Of a DNA stretch of 64,000 bases, positions 1 through 12,400 are shown piece by piece. Source of the DNA: Paragordius varius. Lineage: Eukaryota > Animalia > Nematomorpha. Location of the stretch: assembly GCA_964247055.1 (NCBI GenBank), contig OZ176050.1, positions 15,066,001-15,130,000 of the forward strand. The letters run 5' to 3'. Numbering within the stretch: position 1 is the stretch's first letter; each line of letters begins with the position of its first letter. A program made the position numbers and the translations under genes. A model generated the notes under the pieces. That model did not search any database and had not been told where the DNA came from. It saw only the letters and a program-made list of their open reading frames with translations.

Positions 1-446
1 CCCCCTTTTCTGTAATTTGACGACGCTAAAGACACATTTAATAAAAATCCCTTTCAAAAATTTAAAAAATCATGATTCACCCTTTTGTACAACTATGGAC
101 CGTAAAAAGGGACGTTAATTTTTAGTTTACCTTTTCGATTCACAGTGCATATTTGAGATTTTAGTTTGGCTACTGGCGAAGCTTACAACAAATTTCGTAG
201 TATTCTCCTAAAATTTTTATTATTTGTATACTCTCTATGCAAAATTTGGGAAACATAGTAACTATATTAATATTAATTTACTATATATATACACATTACT
301 AAACTAATTTACATAATATTAAATGAATAATGTCATAATTATCTACATGAATAGTTATGTAACATTAGATTACATCATATATATAAATGCATATATGTAA
401 TCAAAAGTCAAAATATATCATAGACGAATGTATATGGAATGATAAA

Positions 447-3400
447 TTAAGCCCTTTCTCTCGAAAAATATCCGCCTCCCGGTTGTACCCGAGAAACATC
501 TGGGCGTCGAAATCTTCGGACTGGCGGGGTCGTTTCAGGGATCGTTACTGTAACTTCTTCTTCTGATGTACTCCCAGCAGTTTCTGAAGTCAGAGGCGCT
601 GTTGATGATAAATCATCTTGGGATTCCTCCACTTTACCGAGGGTCGTACTACTAGAGTAATCAGATTGGGTTTGCTTTTGTCCCTCCGTTGTACAGGTAC
701 TTAAGGTTTCAATCTCTTTTTCTAACGTAGTTTCCGTGGTAATGGTCGGTATGGGTGGCGTCGCTGTATGCAGTGTTGATTGTTTATGCTTCAAAAGATT
801 ATAATCCATTTCCAATTCCTCTTCTATGCCCTTGAGCAAGTTATCAACCTCCTCAGAACTTATTTTTTGGGTAAAAACTTTTTAAGGTGATCACTGCTTT
901 TGTTAAAGAAATGAAAGTTAGGATCCGTTATATCCAGGCCCAAAAAACCAGAGTGATTAAGCATTTCGGGTAGTATGCCAGTTGGCTGGACAGTTGTGTA
1001 CTTCTAAATTGGAAAATATAATGTTTTATCTTGGATTAAAATTTAATAGATGTTTAGTTTCAAACGGCAGGATTATTGTATAAAAGGCTATAGTATTTAA
1101 CTTAAATTATGATAATATATTGTAAAAATGTAACGACAAATATTTTTTCAAAACATCGCTATACTGTGTTAAAATTGACTTTTACATTAGCACATTGTGT
1201 TAAATTGCAAAGTGAAATGGAGATGATTAGTATGCCAATTATATATTTGACAATTGTAATTAAATTTGTATGTGAAAAGAGGTTCGAAAAATAATGGTTG
1301 TCTTTTGAAAAAAAATTTGTTTTATATTTTTACGTTTACCCATATTATTTCAACTTGTCCAGTAAAAATGTCACAATTTTAAACTCTTAGTTAGGTAAGA
1401 AAAATTTGCGGTCAAATTTTAACCGTTCACAAACTCTTGTCAACTATTTTAGTAATGAAAAAAAGCATGCAGTAGCGTATGGCATAAAACATTATTAATA
1501 CATAATAGAATAAAAAAATGTTTCTTTTAAAAAACAAGCCTATATGTATAAACACATATCTATATCCCCTTGTTTATTTATAAAAAACGTTTTTTTATTC
1601 TTTTATGGACTAATATTGTTTCATGCCATACACTACTGTATCATAAAAGTACCTTCTAAAGTGGTATCCGTAAATTCCTCTGTCACTGTTGTAACTAAGG
1701 TACTCGTCGTATTTTCCACAAAAGTTTCTGTTAGATCTTCATCTGTTGTCGTTGATATACCTAAAAAATGAAATATTGATATAATCTAAAAGATCGAAAA
1801 CAAATATTTTATATGGTCAATTTTTTTATTTTTTCTATTAACTTAAATTCACTGGTAAATTTTAATCAATTTCTTTGACACTTTTTTATTAAAAATTCTT
1901 TTATTTTCTCTTTTATTTCATGGAAATATAAAGAGAAAAGCGGAAAGTTGGAATAAAGCGCACAATCATACAAAGTTATTAATTTTGATATACAGAATAA
2001 GACAATTACAGAACACTAGGAAGAGAAATAAAAAAACCGTTGTTCAAGTGTACAATTTCTAACATTTAAAAATGTAACTTTGCGATATTTTTCAGATGTA
2101 AAATATAAAGTTTTTATTTATTTAAAAATGAGCCTTACATTCAATTATTCCATCCTTTATATAGGAATTTTAAATAATATATAGCACCCAATTACCTGAG
2201 TAATTGTAAAATATATATTCATTCAAATTTAATATAGATTATATAAATTATTGAGAATGTGTTAATAGTAGAAACATTTTTTTGAATTAGCCTATGGTAT
2301 CATGACCCCGTAAAATATACATTTTTTAAATAAAAATATGCCATTAATTGCTCACGTTTAAAGACTATATTGAATTGGTGGTTTTAGGTATTCGCAGTAT
2401 ATTAAAAATTTTCGATTATTAATATAATTAGAGGCTTTTGTTATCTATGGATCAATAACGTATAAAAACAAACATTGTAGCACCTTTTTCAAATATAGGC
2501 CATTTACAATTTATGGATGCCGATTGTGTTAATTTTAAACAATTACGGAATTTGTGGAATATCAGGCTTTTAGTTAGGCGTTTTTTTGATAAGCTTATAG
2601 GACAGTTTATTATCAATACATTGTAAGTTGACATATTTATGTGTAAATTTTTGCGAAATCGTGATTAAGAGAGAGATCAAATTTAATATGAATGTGAATA
2701 TATAATACTATATAATTTTAGTTCTTTTTTTATAAAGAGGCCGATATTAATACATCTGATTAGAAGATTTTTGTTAATTTTTAATATATTTATTATTAAC
2801 TTTAAGATTGCTTCGTTAGACTTAGCGATATTATAAAAGTTTACTTGGGTCCTTTATCAAGGAATGTATCGGACTTAAATAGGGGAAAATAAAAGCAATT
2901 AATGGCTTCAAAATTAATTGATTAAATGAAAAACCCTATAGAAGAAATGAAATGTCATTTTGAATATATACCATTCCATTTTACCACTACGAGTTTAAAA
3001 TTAAATAAATTTCAAAACAAATCTACGATTTTCGGAAATATAAAATATTTACTTTCTAAAGTTGTTGTTGTACCAGCAGCATTTGATTCAGTGGTTTCAT
3101 CTGTGCTAATGGTAAAATCAGATTTATTCCTGATAGGAACCCAAATGCGTTCAAAATTCCCGGGTGAACCAATAAGCTCTTGCGTCGTACTTTCAGTCAT
3201 TGTGCTATATTGACTATCTCTATTCTCTGCCGTTGGAGTTGTTTGAATACGTGCGTTTTCTTCCGTTGTACTAATCATAGATATAGTGGAAATGGTAGGG
3301 ATTGGACTTTCACTTTCTTGAATTTCTTCAGTTTCTGTCTGGGTTTCAAGGGTTGTAGCAGTAGAAATTTCAGGCGTTACATTTGCTGTTTCAGATTCCA

Positions 3401-6400
3401 AAGTAGTGGATTGAGTGATTTCTAAGGGGAGAATACAGTAAAAATTAAAATTATACTGACAAACTTTTTTTTTCAAAATACAAATACTTTGTTAACTTTA
3501 GTTTTCCTAAATATTTATTTTATTACATTTGTATAATTGATTGTTCATTTACTTATCTTGCATACTTTGCAGTTTAATACAATGACAAAATCAGGTTAAA
3601 AAAGTATAGCGGTTGGAAAAAATATTTTTTATATTTTTGTGTTTAATATATATAATTTCCATTTTTACTGGGATTAAATTATTTAATCTGTACATATTGG
3701 CATCATTTATTTAACCAATGATCCATTTTGTTAAATTACAATACCTTGATTCGAAGCTTCTGTAGTTATACCGCTATCTGATGTTTTAGTTTGAGTTGAT
3801 GTTGAAACCTCCAAAGTTGAAGTGCTAATTTCTGCATCCAGGGTACTAAGATTTAGTATTCGTTCCTCGGGTGTTATAGTTTGTTCCGTCGTCGTTGGAC
3901 CGTTAGATTGTTCAGCATTTTGCGTAGAGGTTTCGGTTAAAATGTCGCCTCCCGTTTGGGTAAATGCGGTAGTTGATACGTTGTTCGAGGATTTCGAATC
4001 AATTGATGAAGTAAATTGATTCATTTCGGTAGTTGTTTTGGTTTCTAAGCTTTGGGCCAGAATATCAGGAGTTGTACTTTGACTTTCCTCATTATCAAGA
4101 GAAGTTAAGAGTGTGGTTGTTTTATATACCTCACTAGTGGATATCGAAGGAGTAGTTTCAGAAGTTAAATTTAAAACAGTCCCAGTATTTCCCTTTTCGG
4201 TTGTTGTCTGTTCATAGGTTGTCATGTTATCATTAAGTTGTTCAGAGCTTGTCGTCGAAGAAGTAATCAAAGATGTGTCCAGTGATGATGAAGTTTTTTC
4301 CATTGTTGGATATGATTGCGTATCAGCTAAAAGTGTAGATAGATTTTCAATTTTAATAGTTGTTGATGTTACGTCGTCAACCGTAGAGAAGGGTGGAACA
4401 GTTTGACCCCGATAAAAATGGCTGAAATAATGATAATCACTATCTAAAGAGGGCGGCGATGCATCTTTGTCCAAAGCAATCCAATGAGGAACAAACGTTT
4501 TGCTAAAGACTGTGCCATTGGTTAAATGTGGATTCCGTTCAATATGTTTCCGTTTGTTACCTTAATCGTGATAAAAGTACAGTAAAAACTAGAATAAAAA
4601 CGTAAAAATATAAAGACAAATATTTTTTTCAAAAGAAAACCATCATGTTTTAAACCTTAATTTTTCCCATATAAATCATTTACTTATACAATTATAAAAT
4701 TTATAATCAATGGTGTCAAGTATTTACAACCATATTTTATATGCAATTTAAAACAAAGTTATAATTAAAAAAATATAGGTTAAATAAAGGCAGCGGTCTT
4801 TTGATAAAAAAATTTTTGTTTTTATTTTTTTCGTTTTGTCCGTATTATTATTTCAATTTTTCCCGTAATTTTTCAAAAATGGTAAAAACTAACCTCTGAT
4901 AATTGCAATTAGTAAATGATCTGGATTATGGAGAGTTCCAACAGCCATATAGAGAGATCCTCGATCCCAAAACACATGAGATGATCTACAGCCTGCGATA
5001 GGCAATACCATGTGTTGCGTAATAATATATTCTTGCCATTTATAAATGTAAATATTGTTGGTTATTGGACTTAGGGCTACTAGGAAGTGTTCATCTACAA
5101 GGTTTCATAGAGAATAAGAAAAACATTTTAGAAACAATCGATAAATATTCATAAAAATAGGCACCGGAGTTTTTTACTTTCGATTGCGAAGGTGTCAAGT
5201 TTCGTAATTCCAGCAACGTAGAGATCTTGTATCCGAACAAATTCATCCCTTTTTGGGTCGTGATGTAATACAGTGATTGGTTCCTAAGAGAATTTTTATA
5301 GAGATGACAAACAAAGCTATTGAATAATTTAGTCCAATAGATTTCTAAAAGGGAATGCTATATACCTGATACTCATTTATGACCGCTTCGGAAGAGGAAA
5401 CCCTTTTTTCGTTAGCAAATATTACGTATCCACTGTTTTTTATCGTAATTCCAACCACATCTTTTGCACTTTCAGTATGTACACTGTGAACAGCTTCAAA
5501 CTATATAATATTTTTGTTAAAAAACGCTTGTTTTTAAAACGATATCTAAAAATGGGCCAATATTTAATAATTGTATACCTTTTCTGTTTCCTCGATCCAT
5601 TTGTAGATGAAGGAATGTGTAGAGTGCGTACGAGCTTTGAAATCAAAATTATTTGCAATGACTAGATACAGTGAATTTTTGAAATCGCCGTTTATATCCA
5701 GTGTTTGAAAATCGGTGGACAAAAATAAAGTCCCAGATAGGGCCCCTTGAGTTGGGATGTTTTGCAAAAGGCGCCAATCCTCAGCAGTATCATCAAACTT
5801 ATAAACGTACGAGTTAACGTTGTTTGACACTATAAAAATGAATATTTAAATTTAAATTTTTAATTTACAGTAAAAATTGAAATTATAAAAACAAAACGTA
5901 CAAATTGAAAAACAAATTTTTTTTCAAAAATGAAAATCATAGTTTGAACATTTGTTAAATGTAAAATCAAGTGGGTTATCTTTTGCAATTTATCTTATTT
6001 TGCGACTTACGATAGGGTATATATAACAAATCAGATTTAAACATATGGTTTTCTTTTACTAAAAAACATTTGTCTTTAATTTTTACATTTGGTCGGCATA
6101 ATTTAATTTTTACTGTAAGAACACGTACTTTGTAGTTTATCATAATAATTTATAATGACAAGATATAGGGCTTTTTACGAACAAAGCTAAGCACATCGGA
6201 AACGAAATAGTTTGAAAGTGGTTGTCGAATCTTTAAAATAAGCGATTTTCGTGAATTTTCTTTTTCGGTTGTGTCATTTAAATTGGCACTTGGCTCTTCG
6301 GCTAATGATATGGCTTTATATTCTCCCAATAAGTATGCTGTTGTAATTTCTTCTATATTTTCTGACGGTTCCTTAGTACCGGTATCATAATTCATTTCAG

Positions 6401-9400
6401 TATTAATTGTACAATGTGGATTGTAATTGATAGATTTTGAAGAAATGACCAACATTATTTTATTGGGGGCGGGTTTAAGGCTTACGGCAAACAAGTCTCT
6501 TACCATATTCATTCGTGTTTTAAACTGTACCAAATCTATCGTGGAAGGGAAATCACGAAAGTGTCCTAAAATTTCTTTGTCACCTATGGAGCCATCTTTT
6601 CTCAGTTTCATCAATTGCATTTGATCACATCCAAGGCAAATAAAAATTGATGTTCACATCATTTAAACTTTACACGTCGCTAACCACTCAATTAAAATTT
6701 TTAATATCTATTAGAAAATTAAGGACAAGTTTACAAATTAACCTGCAATCTTTTGGTAAAGATGGGCAACCGTTTGTATCGTGAACCCATTTGTAAATAA
6801 AATGAGAATCATAGTAACTCAAAAAATCGTAACGGAATGTTTCGCTCAACTCTGGCCAGATTTGGGAAGTTTCCCAATATGCTAGCATAGTTGGTCCGTC
6901 TAAATTTTTGAAAGGTAATCATTTAGTTGAGGTAAAAATTGAAACACTAATGTTTTTAAATTTAATAAAACTTACTAAGCGAAATGTTTAACTGTGATTC
7001 AACGATAGTGTCTTGATACTTTATATCTTCAGTTAGTATTTCCATTTCTTGATTAAGTTTTTGAAATGATGCTTCTACCCGTTTTTCCAAACCATTAAAA
7101 TCGATGTCATCAACTTTGCCGAGGAAATTGACATTTTGAATAATTTTTAGGGGTTTGGTGAATTTCTGTTTGCGAAATATTTACAGTAAAAATAATTATA
7201 CCGAAATGTAAAATCTTAAAGTGAAATTTTTAAAACATATTTTTTGAAATCTTGATTTCAATAAAATCGTTGGTTAAAGCAAAGTATAAAATACAGATAT
7301 ATGTTATTAACTTAATCATTTACATATTTTACCATTGTATTTAAATAATTTTTATGTTTAAGATTTTATATCGTATAATTGTCCTTTGAAAAAAATACTT
7401 TCTCCTATATTCTTACATTTAGTCCGTCCGTATAATTTTATTTTTTACTGTAATGAAAACTTACAATAGCATGCGTTAAAGTTATATTGTGACTATCTTT
7501 GCGGACCAATAGGTTTGAAATGGCCTCAATATCAATATTATTAATCATTATACAATCCCCATCTAGATCTGAGCCCAACGTAACTGAAGAGGTGAATTCT
7601 TTGATGCCAGTTATTTCAGATTCTCTATTTTTGTAAACCAAATCATCCGATAGCGATAAATTGTTGATGGTGCCGTGTATTTCGACATTTGCTAAATTTT
7701 TAGAAAAAAGATTTTCATATTTTGATTCGTTTTACAATAACAATAGAAATTCAGACAAATGATATAATGACAAAATTTTTAAAAGACAAATTGTACTTTA
7801 TTAAACCTTAATTTTTCTTTTTAATTTTGTCACTACATTTGTAAGTGTGATTGTGTTACCAATATACATCTCTATTTCCTTAATGAGTTATATTAAAAAA
7901 TGTGTTTTAGAAAAATATTTTATGTTCGCTTATAATATCAATTTTTACTGTAACATAAAATTGTGATATAGCCAGGATATAGAAAATATCTTTATTGAAA
8001 AAAAGTTTACTATGGATATTCAGAGATTTTTTAAATTCCGTTGGTCCTTTAATGACTAATTTCCCGTAGGAATCAATTTTAAGGACTTGATCATACAATT
8101 CTTGCAGAATGACACCATTAATTTTTCCATCAACACGTATATCGCCATCATTTATTATTATAACTAAATTGTTAAGTATTATGGTATCTCCTGGTATTTT
8201 AATTACGTTTCCATTTTGATTCAAAACGATCAGATCGCTAGGGATATCAAGTCCGCCGAAAAAAAAATTTATTTTTTTACCATCAATTTGGACATCCTTT
8301 TTAAACACAATACGATCCGTTTGTATTATGATATCAGAGGTGACATTAATTCCGGCTAAAGAATGCGTTTTACGGACTCCATGATTTATTAAACGTTCCA
8401 AATCAAGCCCATTTATAATGAAAGGGCCTAGGATAGATTCCACATCAAATTCATCGATTACATTGATTGGCAATGGTTTAGATATGTCGTCAGGAGCAAT
8501 GATTGTCAAATCACCATGTATTATCTAGAAAAAATTATTAAAATTTTGAAGTTTTATATTATACTAGCGTATCGTGCTGCTACGCTGCCCGAGGAAGTCC
8601 TTCGGACTTCTGGGGAAGGGGGGGCTAATTGAAAAAGGAACAATAATGATCCATATATGTGGATTATTTCAAAACATTATTTAATAGCTATGATTTCATA
8701 GGATTTTCAAATCGGTGCATTCATACTTATATATTGTTTACTGGTGTAAAGGCCCCAAATTGACGGCTAACGGAAAAAACCGCTATACTATAATTTTTAC
8801 CTTTTTATAGGTAATATTTAAAGCCCTTATTGAACTCGTGTGGCCTCTTAAGTTTTCTGAAAATCAGCTCCAAAGCCACGCCATTTTTGTATGGCGTCTC
8901 AGTTTTAAACCGGTAGACCCCTACCCATAGGCCTATATGGAAAAACGCTAAGTTAAATTTTTTGCTTTTATAGGGCAAGTATTTGGAATCATCTTTGAGA
9001 CCATCGTCTCATGGGTTATTCGAAAAAATACCTCAACACTAATTAACTGTTATATGATGGCGTATTTTTAGGGCATGAAGGCCCCAAATTAACGGCTAAT
9101 AAAAAAAGACCTGACCTTAATTATTACCTAGTTACGGGTGATATTTCACGCCTTTATAAAATTTATTTGGCCTGATTTCTGAAAATTAACTCCTAAACAA
9201 CGCAATTTTGATATGGTGTCGCAGTTTTAGACGGGTAGCTCCCTACCCAGATGCCTATATAAAAAAGACGTTCGATATATTTTTTGCCTTTATATGGGAA
9301 TCCTGGAATTATCATTCATTCCATATGCTCTTAATAGTTTATGGAAGAATAACTTCAAAAATAAATAATAGTTCAATGATAGCGCATTTTTTAGGGCGTA

Positions 9401-12400
9401 AAGGGTCTAACGGCTAATTTAAAAAACCGCACAACTTAAATTTTGACTTCTTAGGGGTAATATTTTGAGCACGGATTGAACTTATGCTAGATAGGTTTTC
9501 TGAAATTTAGCACCAAAGGCACACTATTTCGATATGACGGACCAGTTTTTAGCGGGTAGCGCCTTACCCGGCACCCAATATAAAAGAAACGCACGACTTA
9601 AGTTTTTGCCTTTTAACAGGGAATACCTGGAATCCTTATTGAATTACGGTCTCATACTTTGGGCGAAAAATAGATAAAAAATTATTTTTGTGGACTTAAT
9701 TTTTTTAAAAAAGTGGCATTTTACGGGGGGAGCGGGTAAAAAGAGGGCCTAAATTAAAAAGGGCAGCCGACCATGTTCGGCGCAATCAAAAAATAAAAAA
9801 AAATATTTGAAATTGAATGGTCCAACACGTTTTCCGGCAAATTGTCTCAAAGACACGATTTTTGTGGACTCTGGTTCTCTAAAAAAACCGTTTTGCACGG
9901 GGTGGGTCCAAACTGGGTGCCAAATGCAAAAAAAGGGCGAAGCTATTGTCGGGGCATTTATTAATGATTATATTTTTTCGATGTTTGGATTTGTGTGGGT
10001 CTACCGGTTTTTCGGAAACAGATTACAAAGCCACCACTTTCCATTTTTATAAATATATATATATATATATATATTAGATTTTAAGGGAATAATGGCCGAA
10101 ACAGGGTTTTAACAACTTTAATGAAAAAATTATTGGCTAAAAATATATTGATTCGGCTAATTTATTAAGTTAAATGTATTAGTTTTGTTAATTATTAAAA
10201 AGTTTCAAAATTTTTTTTGACACTCTGTTCCTTTTAAGTTAATATTCTTTTAAATTCAACCCATGTCATCTAATCAAGTTTTAAAGGTTCTTTGTGAAAT
10301 ATGAAACTATAGCCGATTACAGCGATCCAAAAACCTGTTTCATAAATAAAAATTATTTTGTTAAACTTTTAAAAATAAATTAAAATTTAATACTACTAGC
10401 TTAAACCTTTTCGATTCCTTAGTTATTTAACCCTATTATTAAACGCTTTATGTATAAACAAAAATATTTGTTATAAGGCGTTAATTATCTTTCTAATAAG
10501 CGGTCATGGTAAAAACGAAATATTTTTTAAAAAATTATATGATACTTGGGTATCTGTTTCCGTTGCTGAGAGAATGTTCTCATAGGTTTCATCAAACCTT
10601 TTGTCATTTATTTGTTCATTGAATTGAACATCCCCGCCAAACGTCACATCTGAGTCAAAGATTAAATTTGATTCGATTGTTTGATCCGTATCGGAAAGCA
10701 ATATCTGTCGAGGATGAAAAACATATAAAAAATGATTCATTAACAAATTATAAAATTTTTGATTAGAAAACTGATTTTTAAAAATTTTATACTTGATTTT
10801 CTAAATTTTCAATATTGATTCCATTGATGCCATTAGCTGTGGTTATATCACCAACAATTTCGAGATTATTAAAGTTTTGATATTCGTCAAATATCAATTC
10901 ATCTGGTGTGGATTGAATCTTATGTATAACCTAGATAATTTGTTTAAAATTTTATAATATTTCCTGATTTTAGCACTGAAGTATCTAAAGTAAAAATTTT
11001 TGTTATAAGGACAAAACGTGAAAACTAAAAGACAAATATTTTTTTAAAGGACAACCATACTGTTTTGGGTTGAAAATATGGATTTTAAGTAGTAACACGT
11101 TCAATTATACCATTTACAATGGTATTATTTGGGTTATATTGTAAAAAGAGGATTTATAAAATATGGCTGCCTTTTTTAAGAAATATATTTGTATTTTGGT
11201 TAATACGATTTGTCTTTATAACTTAAAAAAATGTTTTACCTCATTTACTGATATTCCATTTAACATATTAATATGTATTTCAGGTCCATTCAATTCAACA
11301 TTCCCTTGAAATACGATTTCATCTTCGATCGTGATTGTGTGTGGACCTTGATCATTACTATTTGAGTTACGGTCCAGAATATACAATTTATCGATGCGAA
11401 CCCCAAAAATTGTTACACCGTCCGGTGCAATCATATTATTAATAGTGATAAAGTCTTCGAAATTTAGGTTAGAAACAATAGTTTGAGCGGAACTAGAGTC
11501 TAACCAAGAATTTTTGAGTTGACTTACATCTATATCATTCAATTTGGATCCTTGATGCACACTTACCGAAAGTAATTGCATTGGTTTCGTGAAAATTTTA
11601 CGCCCAATTATCTCTTTACTAACTTTGGGGGTAAGAGCGTGGAGAAATTCATTGATATTGCGATAATCTTTAGTGTAAGATTTATTCTTTTCCCTATCAT
11701 TTAATCTTATACGAATTGGATGAGATAAGAAACCGTTAAGGTTTAGTCCACTTCGTTCCTCCTCTGGCAAACCAATGATTTTTATCGGGGCCGAAAAAGT
11801 CAAATTTTTTGCCCCCGTTTATCAGAAGTTCTGTCCCATCATTTTTGAATTCATCGGTATTTAATTCAACAATATCTTGCATTACTTGTTTAAAAGTTGC
11901 GACACCATTAAACAAATTTACAGTTAGCGAATCAATAGCTAAAGTATTGGCAAAAACTTTAAGGCCCCCGATAGATTTTGCGGGAGATTCAAAAAGTAGC
12001 GGGTTAGATGGATGGACAAAAGATTGGCAAAATTGGTTAAAATCCCGTCCTTGGATCACAACGGCGTTAGCGTCTTGACTTAGAACATCAACGTTACCAT
12101 CTATAATCAAATCACCGATAACTACCATTATGTGAGGACGCATTAATTCAGCTAAACATATAATATTAATTTTAGATTTGAATTCGTAACCGGTCAAATT
12201 ATACAGTAAAAATTGAAATTGTACGAACAAAACGTAAAATTATAAGGATAAAATATTTTTTCAAAAGACCGCTGTAAATTTTAAACTTATTTTTTTAACT
12301 CATTGTTTTAAATTGCAAAATATAAAACAGAGATATATTACTAACACAATCAATTATATATTTTACAATCGTAATCGAATAATGTAATTAAAGAAAAGTT

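Noticed and set aside
8257-8280. 24-nt AT-rich segment gtaaaaaaataaattttttttttcg looking like a GT-CG mini-intron or intron fossil
   Set aside because: It is in frame and stopless, has no AG, and its translation (GKKIN..G) fits the IDGKING repeat motif, so homopolymer slippage in an exon explains it.
8750-9800. Regularly spaced repeats suggestive of a CRISPR array or satellite
   Set aside because: The units are ~325 bp, diverged, have no unique spacers and lie within Helitron termini in a eukaryotic intron.
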